A stretch of DNA of 63,890 bases, counting the filler, from Octopus bimaculoides (lineage: Eukaryota): assembly GCF_001194135.2 (NCBI RefSeq). It is 9 parts of 9 records of this genome, joined end to end, with 100 filler letters (N's around TTAATTAATTAA, not from the genome) between each part and the next. Parts side by side here need not be neighbours in the genome. Positions count along the whole stretch, not along the records: positions 19,061 to 44,723 come from NC_068990.1; 8 more parts are not named here. One strand, written 5' to 3'. The translations under genes and the position numbers were made by a program. This document shows, one piece after another, positions 25,009 to 37,975 of the stretch (position 1 is its first letter; the number at the start of each line of letters is the position of its first letter). Under the pieces are notes generated by a model that worked only from the letters and a program-made list of their open reading frames with translations, was not told the origin of the DNA and searched no databases.

Positions 25009-25150
25009 TCATAGCTGTGTGGTTAAGAAACTTGCTTTGCAACCATGTGGTTTTGTGTTCAGTTTCTCTCTGTGGCACTTTGGGCAAATTTCTTCTACTA
25101 TAGTCCCAGGTCAACCGATGCCTTGTGAGTAAACACATTACACAGAAACT
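25009..25150 (+). mobile_element. SINE family A head
   Basis: GCTGTGTGGTTAAGAAACTTGC...GGCACTTTGGGCAAAT. Confidence 0.8.
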
Positions 25151-25579
25151 GTGTGGAAGCCTGCCACAGATACATAAATATATACATATATAATATTATA
25201 AATAATATATAAATATATATGCATATGTACATACACATATATATGTACACACATATATTTGTATATACGTGCACATATGGGCACAGGATACCACGGAACA
25301 TAAACAACATAAAATAAGCATAAAATACGAAAACAACATGAAACACGAAATATAACATGGAATATGAACCGTTTTTGTGAACAATGAAATAAACAAACGG
25401 AAAACAAGACAAGCAACATGAAAAAACGACCCTTCATCAGTTGTTGGCTGTTTTTGTACTCTGTATTTTGAGCATTTCACAAGATATGTTTTCGACATAA
25501 CAGTTGCTCCTGTAAATCAAATTAAATAAAATTTGGGATTTTTGTAGAGGGTTAAAGTTGGTGTATATATATATATATA

Positions 25580-25937
25580 CTCTTTATTCTTTTCCTTGTT
25601 TCAGTCTTTTGACTGTGGCCATGCTGGAGCACCGCCTTTAGTCGAGCANNNNNNNNNNNNNNNNNNNNNNNNNNNNNNNNNNNNNNNNNNNNNNNNNNNN
25701 NNNNNNNNNNNNNNNNNNNNNNNNNNNNNNNNNNNNNNNNNACAAACACATACACACATACATATATATATACATATATATGACGGGCTTCTTTCAGTTT
25801 CCGTCTACCAAATCCACTCACAAGGCTTTGGTCGGCCCGAGGCTATAGTAGAAGAGTCTTGCCCAAGATGCCATGTAGTGGGACTGAACTCGGGACCATG
25901 TGGTTGGTAAGCAAGCTACTTACCACACAGCCACTCC

Positions 25938-25938
<1 letters not shown>
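25580..25938 (-). mobile_element. SINE family A, gapped
   Basis: Tail end at 25580-25650 and head at 25778-25938. Confidence 0.85.
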
Positions 25939-25972
<34 letters not shown>

Positions 25973-25974
25973 AT

Positions 25975-26345
25975 GTTGAAGAGATTGGTATGAGTTGCCT
26001 TGTCTAGGTTTGCCTTCAGCACCTCCTTCACCAAGTTGAACGTTCCCCATCTTGCTCTTACCCTTCATGGGATCTCATTCTCCATCTCTCATCTCATAGT
26101 CACTTCATGACTGACATACACATAGCTGCTCATCTCTTCTATTTCATTGCCTCCGACTCTTAGGTGACCATTTGGTACGCCCTCACACCATACGTACTTG
26201 GTTTTTATATGGTTGATCTTCAGGCCAGTCACCAAACTCCTGAAATCCAGTTAGTCCAACATTGTTTGCAGCTGATGGGTGCTTTCCAGCATTAGTGCTA
26301 TGTCATCAGTAAATCTTAGATGGGTGAGCAGCTCGCTGTTTATCC
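25975..26345 (-). mobile_element. RTE LINE reverse-transcriptase fragment (inverted 5' segment)
   Basis: INSELLTHLRFTDDIALMLES...LQTMLD*L...TGLKINHIKTKY...RVRARWGTFNLVKEVLKANLDKATHTNLFN; HLRFTDD corresponds to the RTE HLRFADD motif. Confidence 0.85.
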
Positions 26346-26740
26346 TTATGCCTTGCTTGTAATGCTATATGCATGTGAGACTTGGGCCTTGATGAAGAGA
26401 GAAGAACAACATCTGCTTATGACACAGAGACACAGAAGCAGGGAATCGCGCTTAAAGATCACATCCGGAATGAGTAGATCAGGGATAGATAGAACAGGAG
26501 ATGAACACCATGATGATGTGGTATTCATCACAGAATACATGACATCATCGTGACATGAACTAGTTATGTTGCAAGGTTCACAGACAATTGGTGGACCTGT
26601 GCAGTTGCTGAGTGTTACCCGAGTGAACGGAAGAGACCACTCAGAAGTGCTCCAATCAGGTGGGTAGATGATCTAAGGAAGATGTTTAGAACAATGTAGA
26701 GGAGCTGACTTGGCACCAGATAGCCTGGCTGATTCAGGTG
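26346..26740 (+). mobile_element. RTE LINE 3' segment
   Basis: LVMLYACETWALMKREEQHLLMTQR...VARFTDNWWTCAVAECYPSERKRPLRSAPIRWVDDLRKMF. Confidence 0.85.
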
Positions 26741-26774
26741 ATATGTGTATGTATGTGTGTATGTACATATGTAT

Positions 26775-26985
26775 GTATATACAAATGTAGGTGTCTTTGT
26801 CTTCGTCTGCCTATCATTCGATAACCAATGACAGCTTGTTTATATTTGCATAGTCTAGTGTCTTGGCTAAGAAGACTGAAGTACCAAACTCAGAAAATAC
26901 ACACTGTAGCCGATTGCTTGACTGAACCCTTCAAGGCAGTACCCCAAGATGATCACAGTTCTAAGACTGAAACAAGTAAAAGATA
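26775..26985 (+). mobile_element. SINE family A tail, degenerate
   Basis: Ends CCCCAAGATGATCACAGTTCTAAGACTGAAACAAGTAAAAGATAAAA. Confidence 0.7.
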
Positions 26986-27344
26986 AAACATAAAAGAGAA
27001 AATGTAGGAAAACCTGCAGCCTTATAGCATCCATTATATGTACAGTGAATTTCAACTCTTGATTTTTGCGAACAGCAAAGAATGTATTATACATGGAGTT
27101 TTATGGTATTTTAAGTTGCAAATATTTAAATTAAAAGTGTCCATCATAATTTTATGTCAAAATGAGTTTTTGAAGTTATGTTCTAAATTTTAATAACGAC
27201 AACATTATTTCTTTCAAATGACTTAACTATTTTGAAATGGTTGCTTCAATAGATGAGAAATTATTAATTCATATTCTGTTGCTGATATTGCTCGAAGTTC
27301 ATAATCAAGATACTTAACCCTTACAACTGAATCCACAGGTGCAG

Positions 27345-27508
27345 GTATGACTGTGGTTAAGAAGTTTGCAACTGTGTGATTTCAAGTTCAGTCCTTCTGT
27401 ATGGCACCTTGGGCAAGTGTCTTCTGTTGTAGCTTCAGGCTGACCAATTCTTGTGAGTGATTTTGATAGACTGAAGCTGTGAAGAAGTCTGTTATACATA
27501 TGTGCATG

Positions 27509-27580
<72 letters not shown>

Positions 27581-27977
27581 GTTNNNNNNNNNNNNNNNNN
27601 NNNNNNNNNNNNNNNNNNNNNNNNNNNNNNNNNNNNNNNNNNNNNNNNNNNNNNNNNNNNNNNNNNNNNNNNNNNNNNNNNNNNNNNNNNNNNNNNNNNN
27701 NNNNNNNNNNNNNNNNNNNNNNNNNNNNNNNNNNNNNNNNNNNNNNNNNNNNNNNNNNNNNNNNNNNNNNNNNNNNNNNNNNNNNNNNNNNNNNNNNNNN
27801 NNNNNNNNNNNNNNNNNNNNNNNNNNNNNNNNNNNNNNNNNNNNNNNNNNNNNNNNNNNNNNNNNNNNNNNNNNNNNNNNNNNNNNNNNNNNNNNNNNNN
27901 NNNNNNNNNNNATATATATACACATATATATATATTTACACACACACACATATATATATATACACACACACATATAT

Positions 27978-28008
<31 letters not shown>

Positions 28009-28330
28009 TAAAATCAACCTACACACATTCACACACACCTTTCACCTTTAACCGCTCCTCCTATATATATGTATATATGTATATATATATATATATGAAT
28101 TTGGTGTGTATGTGTGCATGTGTGTGTATCTTAGTGTTTGTTCCTCCACCACTGCTTGAGAACTGATGTTGGTTTGTTTATGTCCTCTTAACATACTGGT
28201 TCTGCAAAAGAGACTGATAGAATAGGTTAGCAGACTTAACAAATAATTTCTGGGATCAACTTGCTAAAGCCTTCAAAGCAGTGCCCCAGCATGACCGCAG
28301 TCCAATGACTGAAAGAAGCAAAATATAAAC
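27345..28330 (+). mobile_element. SINE family A with a greatly expanded internal microsatellite (gap inside)
   Basis: Head at 27345-27500, (TA)(CAT)n and gap, tail at 28120-28330. Confidence 0.75.
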
Positions 28331-29649
28331 GACAAAAGACAACCTGCAACTTTGTTATAAAATTAACGAGTGAGTCAGGTCATAAACCATCAAAGCTAAA
28401 TACTACTGCATCATTTGTCCAGCATTTTAGCAAATTTGTCCTTTTAGGGATTTTCTCGGACTTAGAAGAAAAAATGTTGTTGGGATTTACTAGAGGCTAT
28501 ATTTATTCACCTTTTTGGATCTAATAAACTTCATTGCAAGACTAAGGATGGTTACATACACAAGATGTGTTATTTTCTGAATTTAATTCTGAAAAAACTT
28601 TCACCAGATCTTTGACTAAGATCATTATATACGGCTTCTTATTTGTTTCAAATTTTGGCATAAAACTAGAAATATTGGAAAGGAAAGTGTAATGATTACA
28701 TTGACCCCAGTGCTCAACTGGTATTCATTTTATCGGCTCTGAAAGGAATTTGAACTCAGAATGTAAAAATGGACAAAATGCCGCTAAGTGTTTTGCCCAG
28801 CATGTTAATAATTCTTTCATCTTGTCACCTTCATACACTATTTGATATTAGTAAAACCATTAAGAAGAGAAGGAAATGAGATTGTTTGAAGATATTTTTC
28901 ATCTTTCATAAGATCACGCAAACAGAGTAACTTAAGTAAATTGATTGCAGCTGAGAATCAAAACCACCCCATGAAACCTATTTTAGTGCAGAGGACTAAT
29001 ATTCATGAATTAAAATTTCTGGTGTTGCTACATTATTGTCTCAGGACTGGCAATGGTGGTAAGACTAGGTTTCAATGAGGAAAGTGGGGTAGGGATGGGG
29101 GTCTTATAAAGATGAAGCATAACTGAAGATGTCATTATATTATCAAAGATCAGACTCACACCTAAGTATTCGTTAAGCTCATGTTTTTTTCCCCTCCTTT
29201 TATTATAATTAATGAAAATTTCTTGGGTCGCTGCATTAAGTTTGTTAGTACTGACTTTACTATTTGCTTTTTATGCAGACAGTGTCCCCAGGTATTTTCT
29301 TCCTCAGTCATTGTTTCAAGTTATCACATCTCTCAGTGTTCATCCACCAACACATTACATATATTTCCAGTCATCGTAGGTCTGGCGACTGTGATAAAAC
29401 TAAGCTTCAGTGAGCTGGCAGTGACATATCTGGAGATGTCACATTATGGACAAAGAACAGACTCTTTTCTTAACGATTCATTAAGCTCATGATTTTTCTT
29501 TTTCTTCTCTACGGGTATAATTATTAATTAATTAAAAATTACTCAGCTAACTACTGTAAGTACATTAGCACTGACTTTACTAGACACTTATGGCTGAGAC
29601 TGTTCAATAATCAATATCAATATGTAGATGTTAGTCTCCTATTGTCTAG

Positions 29650-29670
29650 CTTGTAACATACCTGAATCAG
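29650..29670 (+). CDS. Candidate 21-nt microexon (phase 1 to phase 1)
   Basis: CTCCTATTGTCTAG|CTTGTAACATACCTGAATCAG|GTAATA; encodes ACNIPES and is phase-compatible with exon 31372. Confidence 0.3.
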
Positions 29671-30164
29671 GTAATACAATCAATTGAAAATCTATGAAGA
29701 GTGTCTCACATACTTTTATTATGCTGATTAGAGAAGAAAAGACAATGGCACTAATGGTTGCAGGAAATAAAGCAGAGCTGAGAATAAAAGAAAAATGTCT
29801 TTTTTTCTTCCTTTTTTCACCCATTGATAATAATTGATCTAATTGACTATATTATTGGTACTTATTGTATTGATTCTCACAAGGTAGAGTAGATCCAGTA
29901 GGAGTTTGAAATCAGAACTATAAAGTATTAGATTGTCTAATTTTAAACTTTTTACATCATTTCAAGTTTTAAATATTTGAGTTTGTGATTGGCCTAAAGT
30001 TCCAGATATTTAGCATAAAGATTTTAAGTTGGTTCTTTTGTGAATAGCATTTTGCATTGTCTATTGGAAAAGTATTTCATTTTCGTTTTCCTTGTGAATG
30101 ACATACTTTTTTTGAATAAAACTGAGGCTTTTCGTTGTTAATTAACCAAAGGTCACCTTGACAA

Positions 30165-30575
30165 CATGTCTGTATTTCTGTGTAGTTAATACGTGGTCTT
30201 TGGTTCGGTCCCATTGCATGGAACTTTGGGCCAGTGCGTTTTATTTAAACCCACACTGACCAAAGCCTTATGAGTGGATCTGGTAGACAGAAACTAAAGG
30301 AAGCCAGTTGTGTGTGTGTGTGTGTGTGTGCATGTGTGTTTCACTGTGTATTTATATGTATATGTGTGTGTTGTGTGTGTGTTCGTGCTTATGTTAGTCC
30401 CCCATCGCTGCTTGATAATTAGCACTGGTTTGTTTAAATCCCTGTGACTTAGCAGTTTGGCAAAACTGACTGATAAAATAAGCTTAAAAATAATTATTAG
30501 AGTTGATTTGTTTGACTAAATCTGTCAAGATTATAGCCCAGCATGGTTGCAGTCAATGATTGAAACAATTAAAAA
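30165..30575 (+). mobile_element. SINE family A, full length, CpG-decayed
   Basis: Head, (TG)n and tail all recognisable, with CG replaced by TG/CA. Confidence 0.8.
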
Positions 30576-30619
30576 AAAAAAGGACAAGAGATATTGGTTA
30601 GTCTACATTACTCCATAAG

Positions 30620-31238
30620 GATCAAAGGGCCAGCTTCTTGGTTTCTCTGGCATATATATTCCTCCCTGTGGAGGCGCAATGGCCCAGTGGTTAGGGCAGC
30701 GGATTTGTGGTCATAGGATCACGGTTTCGATTCCCAGACCAGGCGTTGTGAGTGTTTATTGAGCGAAAACACCTAAAGCTCCACGAGGCTCTGGCAGGGG
30801 ATGGTGGCGAACCCTGCTGTACCCTTTCACCACAACTTTCTCTCACTCTTACTTCCTGTTTCTGTTGTGCCTGTAATTCAAAGGGTCAGCCTTGTCACAC
30901 TGTGTCACGCTGAATATCCCCGAGAACTACGTTAAGGGTACATGTGTCTGTGGAGTGCTCAGCCACTTGCACGTTAATTTCACGAGCAGGCTGTTCCATT
31001 GATCGGATCAACTGGAACCCTCGACGTCGTAAGCGACGGAGTGCCAACACACATATTCCTCCCTGGATGGGATGCTGGTTCATTGCAAGATTAATCCTTT
31101 TTACCAGATGAGTAGGCTGAAGCAGTATGAGATGAAGTGTTTTGTTCAAGGACACAACACATCACCTGATCCAGGAACTGAAACCACAGTCTTACAATCA
31201 TGAGTCTGACACCTTAACCACTACACTATGCACCTATG
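30620..31238 (-). mobile_element. Old tRNA-derived SINE interrupted by a family C SINE
   Basis: Minus strand AGGTGCATAGTGTAGTGGTTAAGGTGTCAGACTCATG...GTTGTGTCCTTGAACAAAACACTT...CAGCATCCCATCCAGGGAGGAATAT continues across the insertion. Confidence 0.7.
30668..31052 (+). mobile_element. tRNA-derived SINE, family C, with 13-bp TSD
   Basis: Matches 1578-1962. ATATTCCTCCCTG is duplicated at 30656-30668 and 31053-31065. Confidence 0.92.
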
Positions 31239-31371
31239 TAGAAAATATTATATTTTGTGTAGGTATCTTTGTACATGCTAAATATTACTATGTGAAAATG
31301 ATATTTTTTGTGTAGATATCTGTGTAAATATCATGTATTACTATGTATCAAAATCATATATTTTTGTACAG

Positions 31372-31612
31372 ATATCTTTGTAAACAGAACATATTGCTAT
31401 GCAGACAATATAGCAATCACAGTTTTAAATTTGGTTAAATACATACTAAACTGTCTTCTTGTGAAAAATATTCCAGCTTCATGTGATATTGTGCTGATCA
31501 ATACTGGGATAACTGACCCTCTGGTAATGAAGAAGAACTCCTCATCAGTTATTCAAGATATATCTACAGATGTAGAGGTTTCTCCTCAACAGGAACTTGT
31601 ATTACTTAAAAG
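31372..31612 (+). CDS. Coding exon of an unidentified gene (phase 1 to phase 2)
   Basis: TTTTTGTACAG acceptor, AAAG|GTAAGC donor, 241-nt open frame IFVNRTYCYADNIAITVLNLVKYILNCLLVKNIPASCDIVLINTGITDPLVMKKNSSSVIQDISTDVEVSPQQELVLLK. Joins in frame to 34199. Confidence 0.75.
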
Positions 31613-33199
31613 GTAAGCTGGCTGGGGTATAGTAAATATCCAATTGTATATATTTTTATGTATTTGAAATAGAAGTTTATAGTATCTGAATATATATCTG
31701 AATATAGATTGCAAATTATATCTAAAAATGAAGACCACCTGAATAGCCTCGGGCTAAACAGAAATGGTGGTAACCTTAAAAAAGAATTTTTTTTCTTTTC
31801 CTCTTATTATGTTATTATGAAGAAAACTCTTTTACTGAATGGTCAAATAAGAAGAAGACATTGCTTTTCTTTCTTTCTTTTCTTTTAATAACCAGGTACA
31901 AGCAATTTTTTTATTGAGCAGAGATATAAACAATGGTTTTAAGTTTTGGTAGAAGGCCAGCTATTTTAGCAGAGGCGTTAGTCAATTTTATTAACCCCAG
32001 TGTTCAACTGGTACTTATAATGTTGATTCTGAGAGATAATATTTATTCCCACTTTAACATGGATGTTTTCTTAGAACAATATTTACTGTGGTATTTACCA
32101 TGAGAGAAACACTCATATGGGCTTTTGGTGCAGAATGCACGCCTATTTGTTTATATCACCTGTGGTGAGATATAGATTTATCTCCTCACAGGTGATATAA
32201 ACAAACAGTCAAGATTTTTCTAACAGAACACCCACATTTAAATGAGGAATAAATATTAGCTCTCAGTATCTGTACTGCCTCTGTTGCTAATATATATCAT
32301 TGATTCTGAAAAGACAAAAGGCAAATTTGATCTCAATGAGATTTGAACTCAGAACATAAAGAGCTGGAAGAAATGCCACCAAGCAATTTGTCTGATGTGT
32401 TAATGATTCTGCCATCTTGCCATCTTTCGCCTTCTCTCATTTTTTGGAAACATTGAAATGCAAAGTAAACTGCTGTGGAATTTAAACTTTGAATGTATTG
32501 CATTGAGATTCAATTCTGAAAGATATTTAGTCTGTTGCTCTAACATTTTTCTAATTTTCCACCATAAGAAGAGATCCATCCATCCATCTGTCCTTCCTTC
32601 CTTCCTTCCTTCCCTCCATCCATCCATTGTTACTTCTCACTATTCCTGAAAGGGTCATGGTGGGTAAGAATCCCCAGGCACCTTATCCATCAGGTCTTAT
32701 CATAAATAACCTTATTACACATACTGTTTGATTCTGATGGAGTGTCAGTTATAATAGACCACTGACAGGCATGTTGCTGCAGCTTTTATCTGAGATAAAA
32801 TCTGTTATTAGTATGCTGGGCTAAAATACACAATGTGTGTGTATATATATATATATCAGAGGAAGAAAATCATCCTAACAGAGGCAATCAAAAACATCAG
32901 AAATATTCCAGTTTGATTGGGCCTTGTCAACAATGTGCACTTTCAGCTTTATACATAGAAGAAATTTGTCTCCCTCTGATATAGGAAATAGTGGATAACA
33001 CTTTCACTGATATTAGAAGTAGCTGCTGAGCTGAATAAAAATACAGGGTACCCAATTAAAGCAACATTAAATTAAAATAGCCATCTATGTATTGTACTTA
33101 ATGTATATACACCATTGAAAGGCAAGATACTGCAGTTTTTGTCTGAGATAAAAATCTCTTATAAGCATGCTAGGTTAAAAAACACAATATACATATAGG

Positions 33200-33510
33200 G
33201 TAAGGACCCCTTTCAGTCACAAATGGCTATGGGATTACACCTAGAATGTTCACTCTGAGGCATATTTGGAAGACCAGCAGTCGCCCATGTATACCATGCC
33301 TCCCCTCTCCACGCCACTGATGTTATCCAAGGGAAAGGCAAAGGCCGATACAGCTTGGCACCTGTGACGTCGCAACTCATTTCTACAGCTGGAGTATCTT
33401 GAAATAAAGTGTCTTGCTCAAGAACACAACATACAGCCTGGTCCAGAAATCGAACCCACAACCTCATGATTGTAAGCCCGATGCTCTAACCATTGAGTCA
33501 TGGGTCTTCA
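33200..33510 (-). mobile_element. tRNA-derived SINE, family D (Ceph-SINE-like)
   Basis: Head GACTCAATGGTTAGAGCATCGGGCTTACAATCATGAGGTTGTGGGTTCGAT, GTTGTGTTCTTGAGCAAGACAC, body GCCTTTCCCTTGGATAACATCAGTGGCGTGGAGAGGGGAGG. Second copy at 36465-36800. Confidence 0.85.
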
Positions 33511-33511
33511 C

Positions 33512-33542
<31 letters not shown>

Positions 33543-34107
33543 NNNNNNNNNNNNNNNNNNNNNNNNNNNNNNNNNNNNNNNNNNNNNNNNNNNNNNNNNN
33601 NNNNNNNNNNNNNNNNNNNNNNNNNNNNNNNNNNNNNNNNNNNNNNNNNNNNNNNNNNNNNNNNNNNNNNNNNNNNNNNNNNNNNNNNNNNNNNNNNNNN
33701 NNNNNNNNNNNNNNNNNNNNNNNNNNNNNNNNNNNNNNNNNNNNNNNNNNNNNNNNNNNNNNNNNNNNNNNNNNNNNNNNNNNNNNNNNNNNNNNNNNNN
33801 NNNNNNNNNNNNNNNNNNNNNNNNNNNNNNNNNNNNNNNNNNNNNNNNNNNNNNNNNNNNNNNNNNNNNNNNNNNNNNNNNNNNNNNNNNNNNNNNNNNN
33901 NNNNNNNNNNNNNNNNNNNNNNNNNNNNNNNNNNNNNNNNNNNNNNNNNNNNNNNNNNNNNNNNNNNNNNNNNNNNNNNNNNNNNNNNNNNNNNNNNNNN
34001 NNNNNNNNNNNNNNNNNNNNNNNNNNNNNNNNNNNNNNNNNNNNNNNNNNNNNNNNNNNNNNNNNNNNNNNNNNNNNNNNNNNNNNNNNNNNNNNNNNNN
34101 NNNNNNN

Positions 34108-34151
<44 letters not shown>

Positions 34152-34198
34152 CAAGAATGATATATACAGATGTCTTACCTTTTAAATGTGTTTTTCAG

Positions 34199-34353
34199 AC
34201 AAATAAAAGAGTTTCAATTAATAGAGTATGAAATAAACCAAAAGATTCATTTTAATCCATGGGAAGAAAAAATTCAGGATATAAGTTGCAGTGAAAACAA
34301 GAAGATGAGCCAAACAACCAACAATATGAATTGTATTAACAACAATCCACAAG
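34199..34353 (+). CDS. Coding exon of the same gene (phase 2 to phase 1)
   Basis: GTGTTTTTCAG acceptor, CAAG|GTATG donor; (R)QIKEFQLIEYEINQKIHFNPWEEKIQDISCSENKKMSQTTNNMNCINNNPQ. Confidence 0.75.
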
Positions 34354-34587
34354 GTATGCCATGATTTTATTTTATTTTATAAAACCCCTTATAAAATCCC
34401 TTATTAAAAACATATCGGAGGAAGACAAAATATCATCCAAGCAACAGTTAATGAAAAACCCAGGTGCATTTCACCATTTGCTACCAGGATAATTTTCTTC
34501 TCTCTCTTATATATATTGTTCTTTTTTAACAAATCATGCTTATAAGAGAAATTACTGGCTTTGTGCCAAAATTCGAAGCCATTATTA

Positions 34588-34900
34588 CAGTGGTTCTTAA
34601 CCTTTTTGGAGGTACTGAACCCTACAAGCTTCATCAGTGCATTCCCTGAAGCCTTTGTAATTGAAAAAAAAAAATGATTTCTGCAAAACATATATTTTAT
34701 TAGTGCACAAAATGAACCATGATCAGTTGCCCTGATAATAATTATGTTCAAAGAACAAAACCAACAAAATAATTGAATTTCACACGAAAACGTAACTCAA
34801 TGAATATTTACTGCAAATAAATAAGACTTTTGCTGTTGCCTTTCAGATTCAAGTTCAGAAATGCATATAAATGCAATTGAAACACGTGTTGGACAATTGT
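34588..34900 (+). mobile_element. hAT (Charlie-like) non-autonomous remnant
   Basis: Starts CAGTGGTTCTTAACCTTTTTGGAGGTACTGAACC, a Charlie-type terminus. The partner end was not located. Confidence 0.5.
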
Positions 34901-35424
34901 TACGAATAAACTAACTGGAAATAAACAAATTTTGAATGTTCAAGTTCTTCATTCTCCTTATCAATATATAAACTTCTTACCATACAGCCACACCTGCACC
35001 ATGCATATATTTTCAAAATGAAATGAGATAATTTGAAAAATGTGTGTGTGTGTGTGTGTGAGTGACTATATTAGATAATACATCCTTCTATTTTTGAGAC
35101 CGTAAAGTGTAATTTAATTCTTAAACAGTAGAAAAAGGATGCCTAAATGTGTGTGCCAAATGGGCAAAAAACAAAACGATCTCTTTTGCTTAGGATAATT
35201 TTTATGCTTATTTTCTCTTTAAATAAGTACAAAATCTATGAAAATGGTATTTTAACTCTCTTGGAGAATAAAAATAAAGACAAAGGGCAAAAAACTCATT
35301 TGAGCATAAATTCATTTGAGATTCTCACATTCTTGTTATCAAACGAACGCATAAATGGAGAAAAATTGGTGCAATTTTTCCATCTAGAGCTAGTTGAAGC
35401 ATCACTTTCTTCTGTGCTATCTCA

Positions 35425-35630
35425 ATCAACATCATCATCATCATCATCATCTTCATCATCTTCATCATCATCATCATCATCTTCGTCATCATAATCATTA
35501 CCATCACCATCATTATTGTCATCCTCATCATTGTTGTTATCATCATCATCATCATCATCATGATCCATCATTATCATCATCAACATTGTAACTGTCATCG
35601 CCATCATCATCATCATCATCATCATCTACT
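35425..35630. repeat. (CAT)n array
   Basis: Directly visible. Confidence 0.95.
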
Positions 35631-36239
35631 TCTCCTCATCTGACAACGATGGAAAGTAAGAAAAAAACGTCACCATTGCTGTATTAATCATCTGTTTGCA
35701 ACTTGGTTTCTTCCATCGATAAAGGACCACTTCTGCTTGTGTGCCTTCAACAAAATACATGCTTGAACGCCAACTGATGACAGCTATATCCATACGAAAA
35801 TTTGAAACATCAATTCATGATGTCCACTACTTAAGGATTAAAGGAGATTTGGCTACTATTTCTTGCAACTTAAGCAACCACACAGAAACTGTCACATTGT
35901 CTCATCCCTGGGGAGGTCGTTATTCCTTTTGAAAGCAACAAGATTTAATGTATGACTGTAGAATATTTTGTCAATTTGCAGTTTATTTATCATTTTTTTA
36001 TATCTGAGATCAGAGATACTGATATAGTAACAGTTAATAGGATTTATTGATCTCTTTCCAGTGAAATCTAACATCTCCTCTATCACAATAATATTCTATT
36101 ATCAGTGAATATTATCTCAATTTAGCATCTATTCTCAAAAGTTAAGTGAACAGAGCTGATGTACACTAAAGTATCTTGCACAGAAACATAAAATAATTGC
36201 AACAGATCTGAACTCAGATTTAGGCATAGCTCTTAAGGG

Positions 36240-36400
36240 TAGGCATAACTATGTGCTTAAGAAGTTTGGTTCTTGACCATGTGGTTTTGGATTGCATGGA
36301 ATCTTGCACAGGCGTCTTCTGCTGCAGTCTCAGGCTGACCAAAACCTTGTGAGTTGATCAGGTAGATAAAAACTGAAAGAAGCGCAATATGTGTGTACGC
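36240..36400 (+). mobile_element. SINE family A head, degenerate
   Basis: AGGCATAACTATGTGCTTAAGAAG...GACCAAAACCTTGTGAG...AAAACTGAAAGAAGC. Confidence 0.7.
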
Positions 36401-36464
36401 GTGTGTGTATATGGCTTTGTTAGTTTATATATGTGTGTATGTGTGTATATGTGTGTATATGTGT

Positions 36465-36800
36465 TGGAGACCCCCTTCAGTCACGAATGACCATGGGATT
36501 GCACCTAGAAAGTTACCCTCTGAGGCACAAGTCTGGGAAAGGTTGTTTATGGAAGACCAGCAGTTGCCCATGCATACCAGCCTCCCCTCTCCACACCACT
36601 GATGTTATCCAAGGGAAAGGCAAAGGGGCCGATACAGTTTGGCACCAGTGGTGTCACAACTCATTTCTACAGCTGAGTGAACAGGAGCAACGTGAAATAA
36701 AGTGTCTTGTTCAAGAATACAACATGCAGCCTGGTCTGGGATTCCAACTCACAACCTCATGGCCATAAGCTCTACACTCTAACTACTGAGCCATGTGCCT
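36465..36800 (-). mobile_element. SINE family D
   Basis: Homologous to 33200-33510. Confidence 0.85.
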
Positions 36801-37394
36801 TCACATATGTGTATATGTGTGTATATGAATATATGTGTATATATGTGTATATATGTATGTGTAGGTATGTGTGTATATGTATGTATATGTGTGAATATAT
36901 GTGTGTATATGTGTATATATGTGTGTACATATGGCTTTGTGTCTTCCAAGAAATATGGAATAAGAAATCTTTTTCTTGAAAAACAGGTTAGTGTTAGTGA
37001 CAGGAAATGCATCCAGCTGTAAAACAATACTTCAATAATATATCCATCTAACCCATGCTAGCATGGAAAAATGGATCTAAAATGAACTAATTCCATGAAC
37101 AGATAGTTTTGAATACTGATTTGTAGTGCTGTGTACTGTTTTAATTCTCCTGTAAATTATCAAAGACATGAAGAGTCCTACAAGAAACTTTAATTTCATA
37201 GACTCAAGGTTGGGATTTGATAGAATGAGCAGAGTACTGTGTAAAATGCTTTGCAGTATTTGGTTGTGTCTTTTTACATTCTGAGTTCAACTCCGACCAA
37301 AATCAACTTTGCCTTTTCATCTTCCAGAATCATTAAAGTAAGAATCAATCAAATCCTGAGATCAATATTCTTTTATTCTTTTATTTGAAGTTAC

Positions 37395-37639
37395 AGAGGA
37401 TGTAAATACACCAACACCTGTTGTGTTGATGGGGGGACAAACACAGACACACAAACAAATGCAGACACACACACACACATATATATACATATATATATAT
37501 GGGCAAAACTACGTGGACATTCCGGATTTCAACTGAATGATCCATATATCTTGATTTGTCCTGTTTGCCATTGTTGTGCTTTCGTTCTTTTCCTGCATGT
37601 TGTGTTTTGACAGTTTCCACTTGTGTTTTTTTCTGTTCT

Positions 37640-37680
<41 letters not shown>

Positions 37681-37975
37681 NNNNNNNNNNNNNNNNNNNN
37701 NNNNNNNNNNNNNNNNNNNNNNNNNNNNNNNNNNNNNNNNNNNNNNNNNNNNNNNNNNNNNNNNNNNNNNNNNNNNNNNNNNNNNNNNNNNNNNNNNTAT
37801 ATATATATATATTGACAGGTTTCTTTCAGTTTCCATCTACCAAATCCACTTACAAGGCTTTTGGTCGGCCCAAGGCTATAGTAGAAGACACTTATCAAAG
37901 ATGCCATACAGTGTGACTGAACCCGGAGCCATGTGGTTAGTAAGGAAGCTACTTACCACATAGCCACTCCTACAC
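37395..37975 (-). mobile_element. SINE family A pieces separated by (CT)n and a gap
   Basis: Partial tail at 37395-37470 and head at 37810-37975. Confidence 0.7.

Noticed and set aside
25425-25495. Minus-strand CTGATGAAGGG in a Penelope-like repeat
   Set aside because: No correctly placed GAAA or stem II partner in this copy; too degenerate to call.
24922-29375. Additional plus-strand exon candidates near 24922, 27010, 28466 and 29280
   Set aside because: Each has an open frame but a weak acceptor or donor, or creates a stop when joined to neighbours. They cannot be placed without transcripts.
32740-32790. CTGATGG-AGTGTCAGT...ACTGACA hairpin, plus a ~60-bp direct repeat (32777/33137)
   Set aside because: The core is incomplete (no GAAA). 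At most an old relic.
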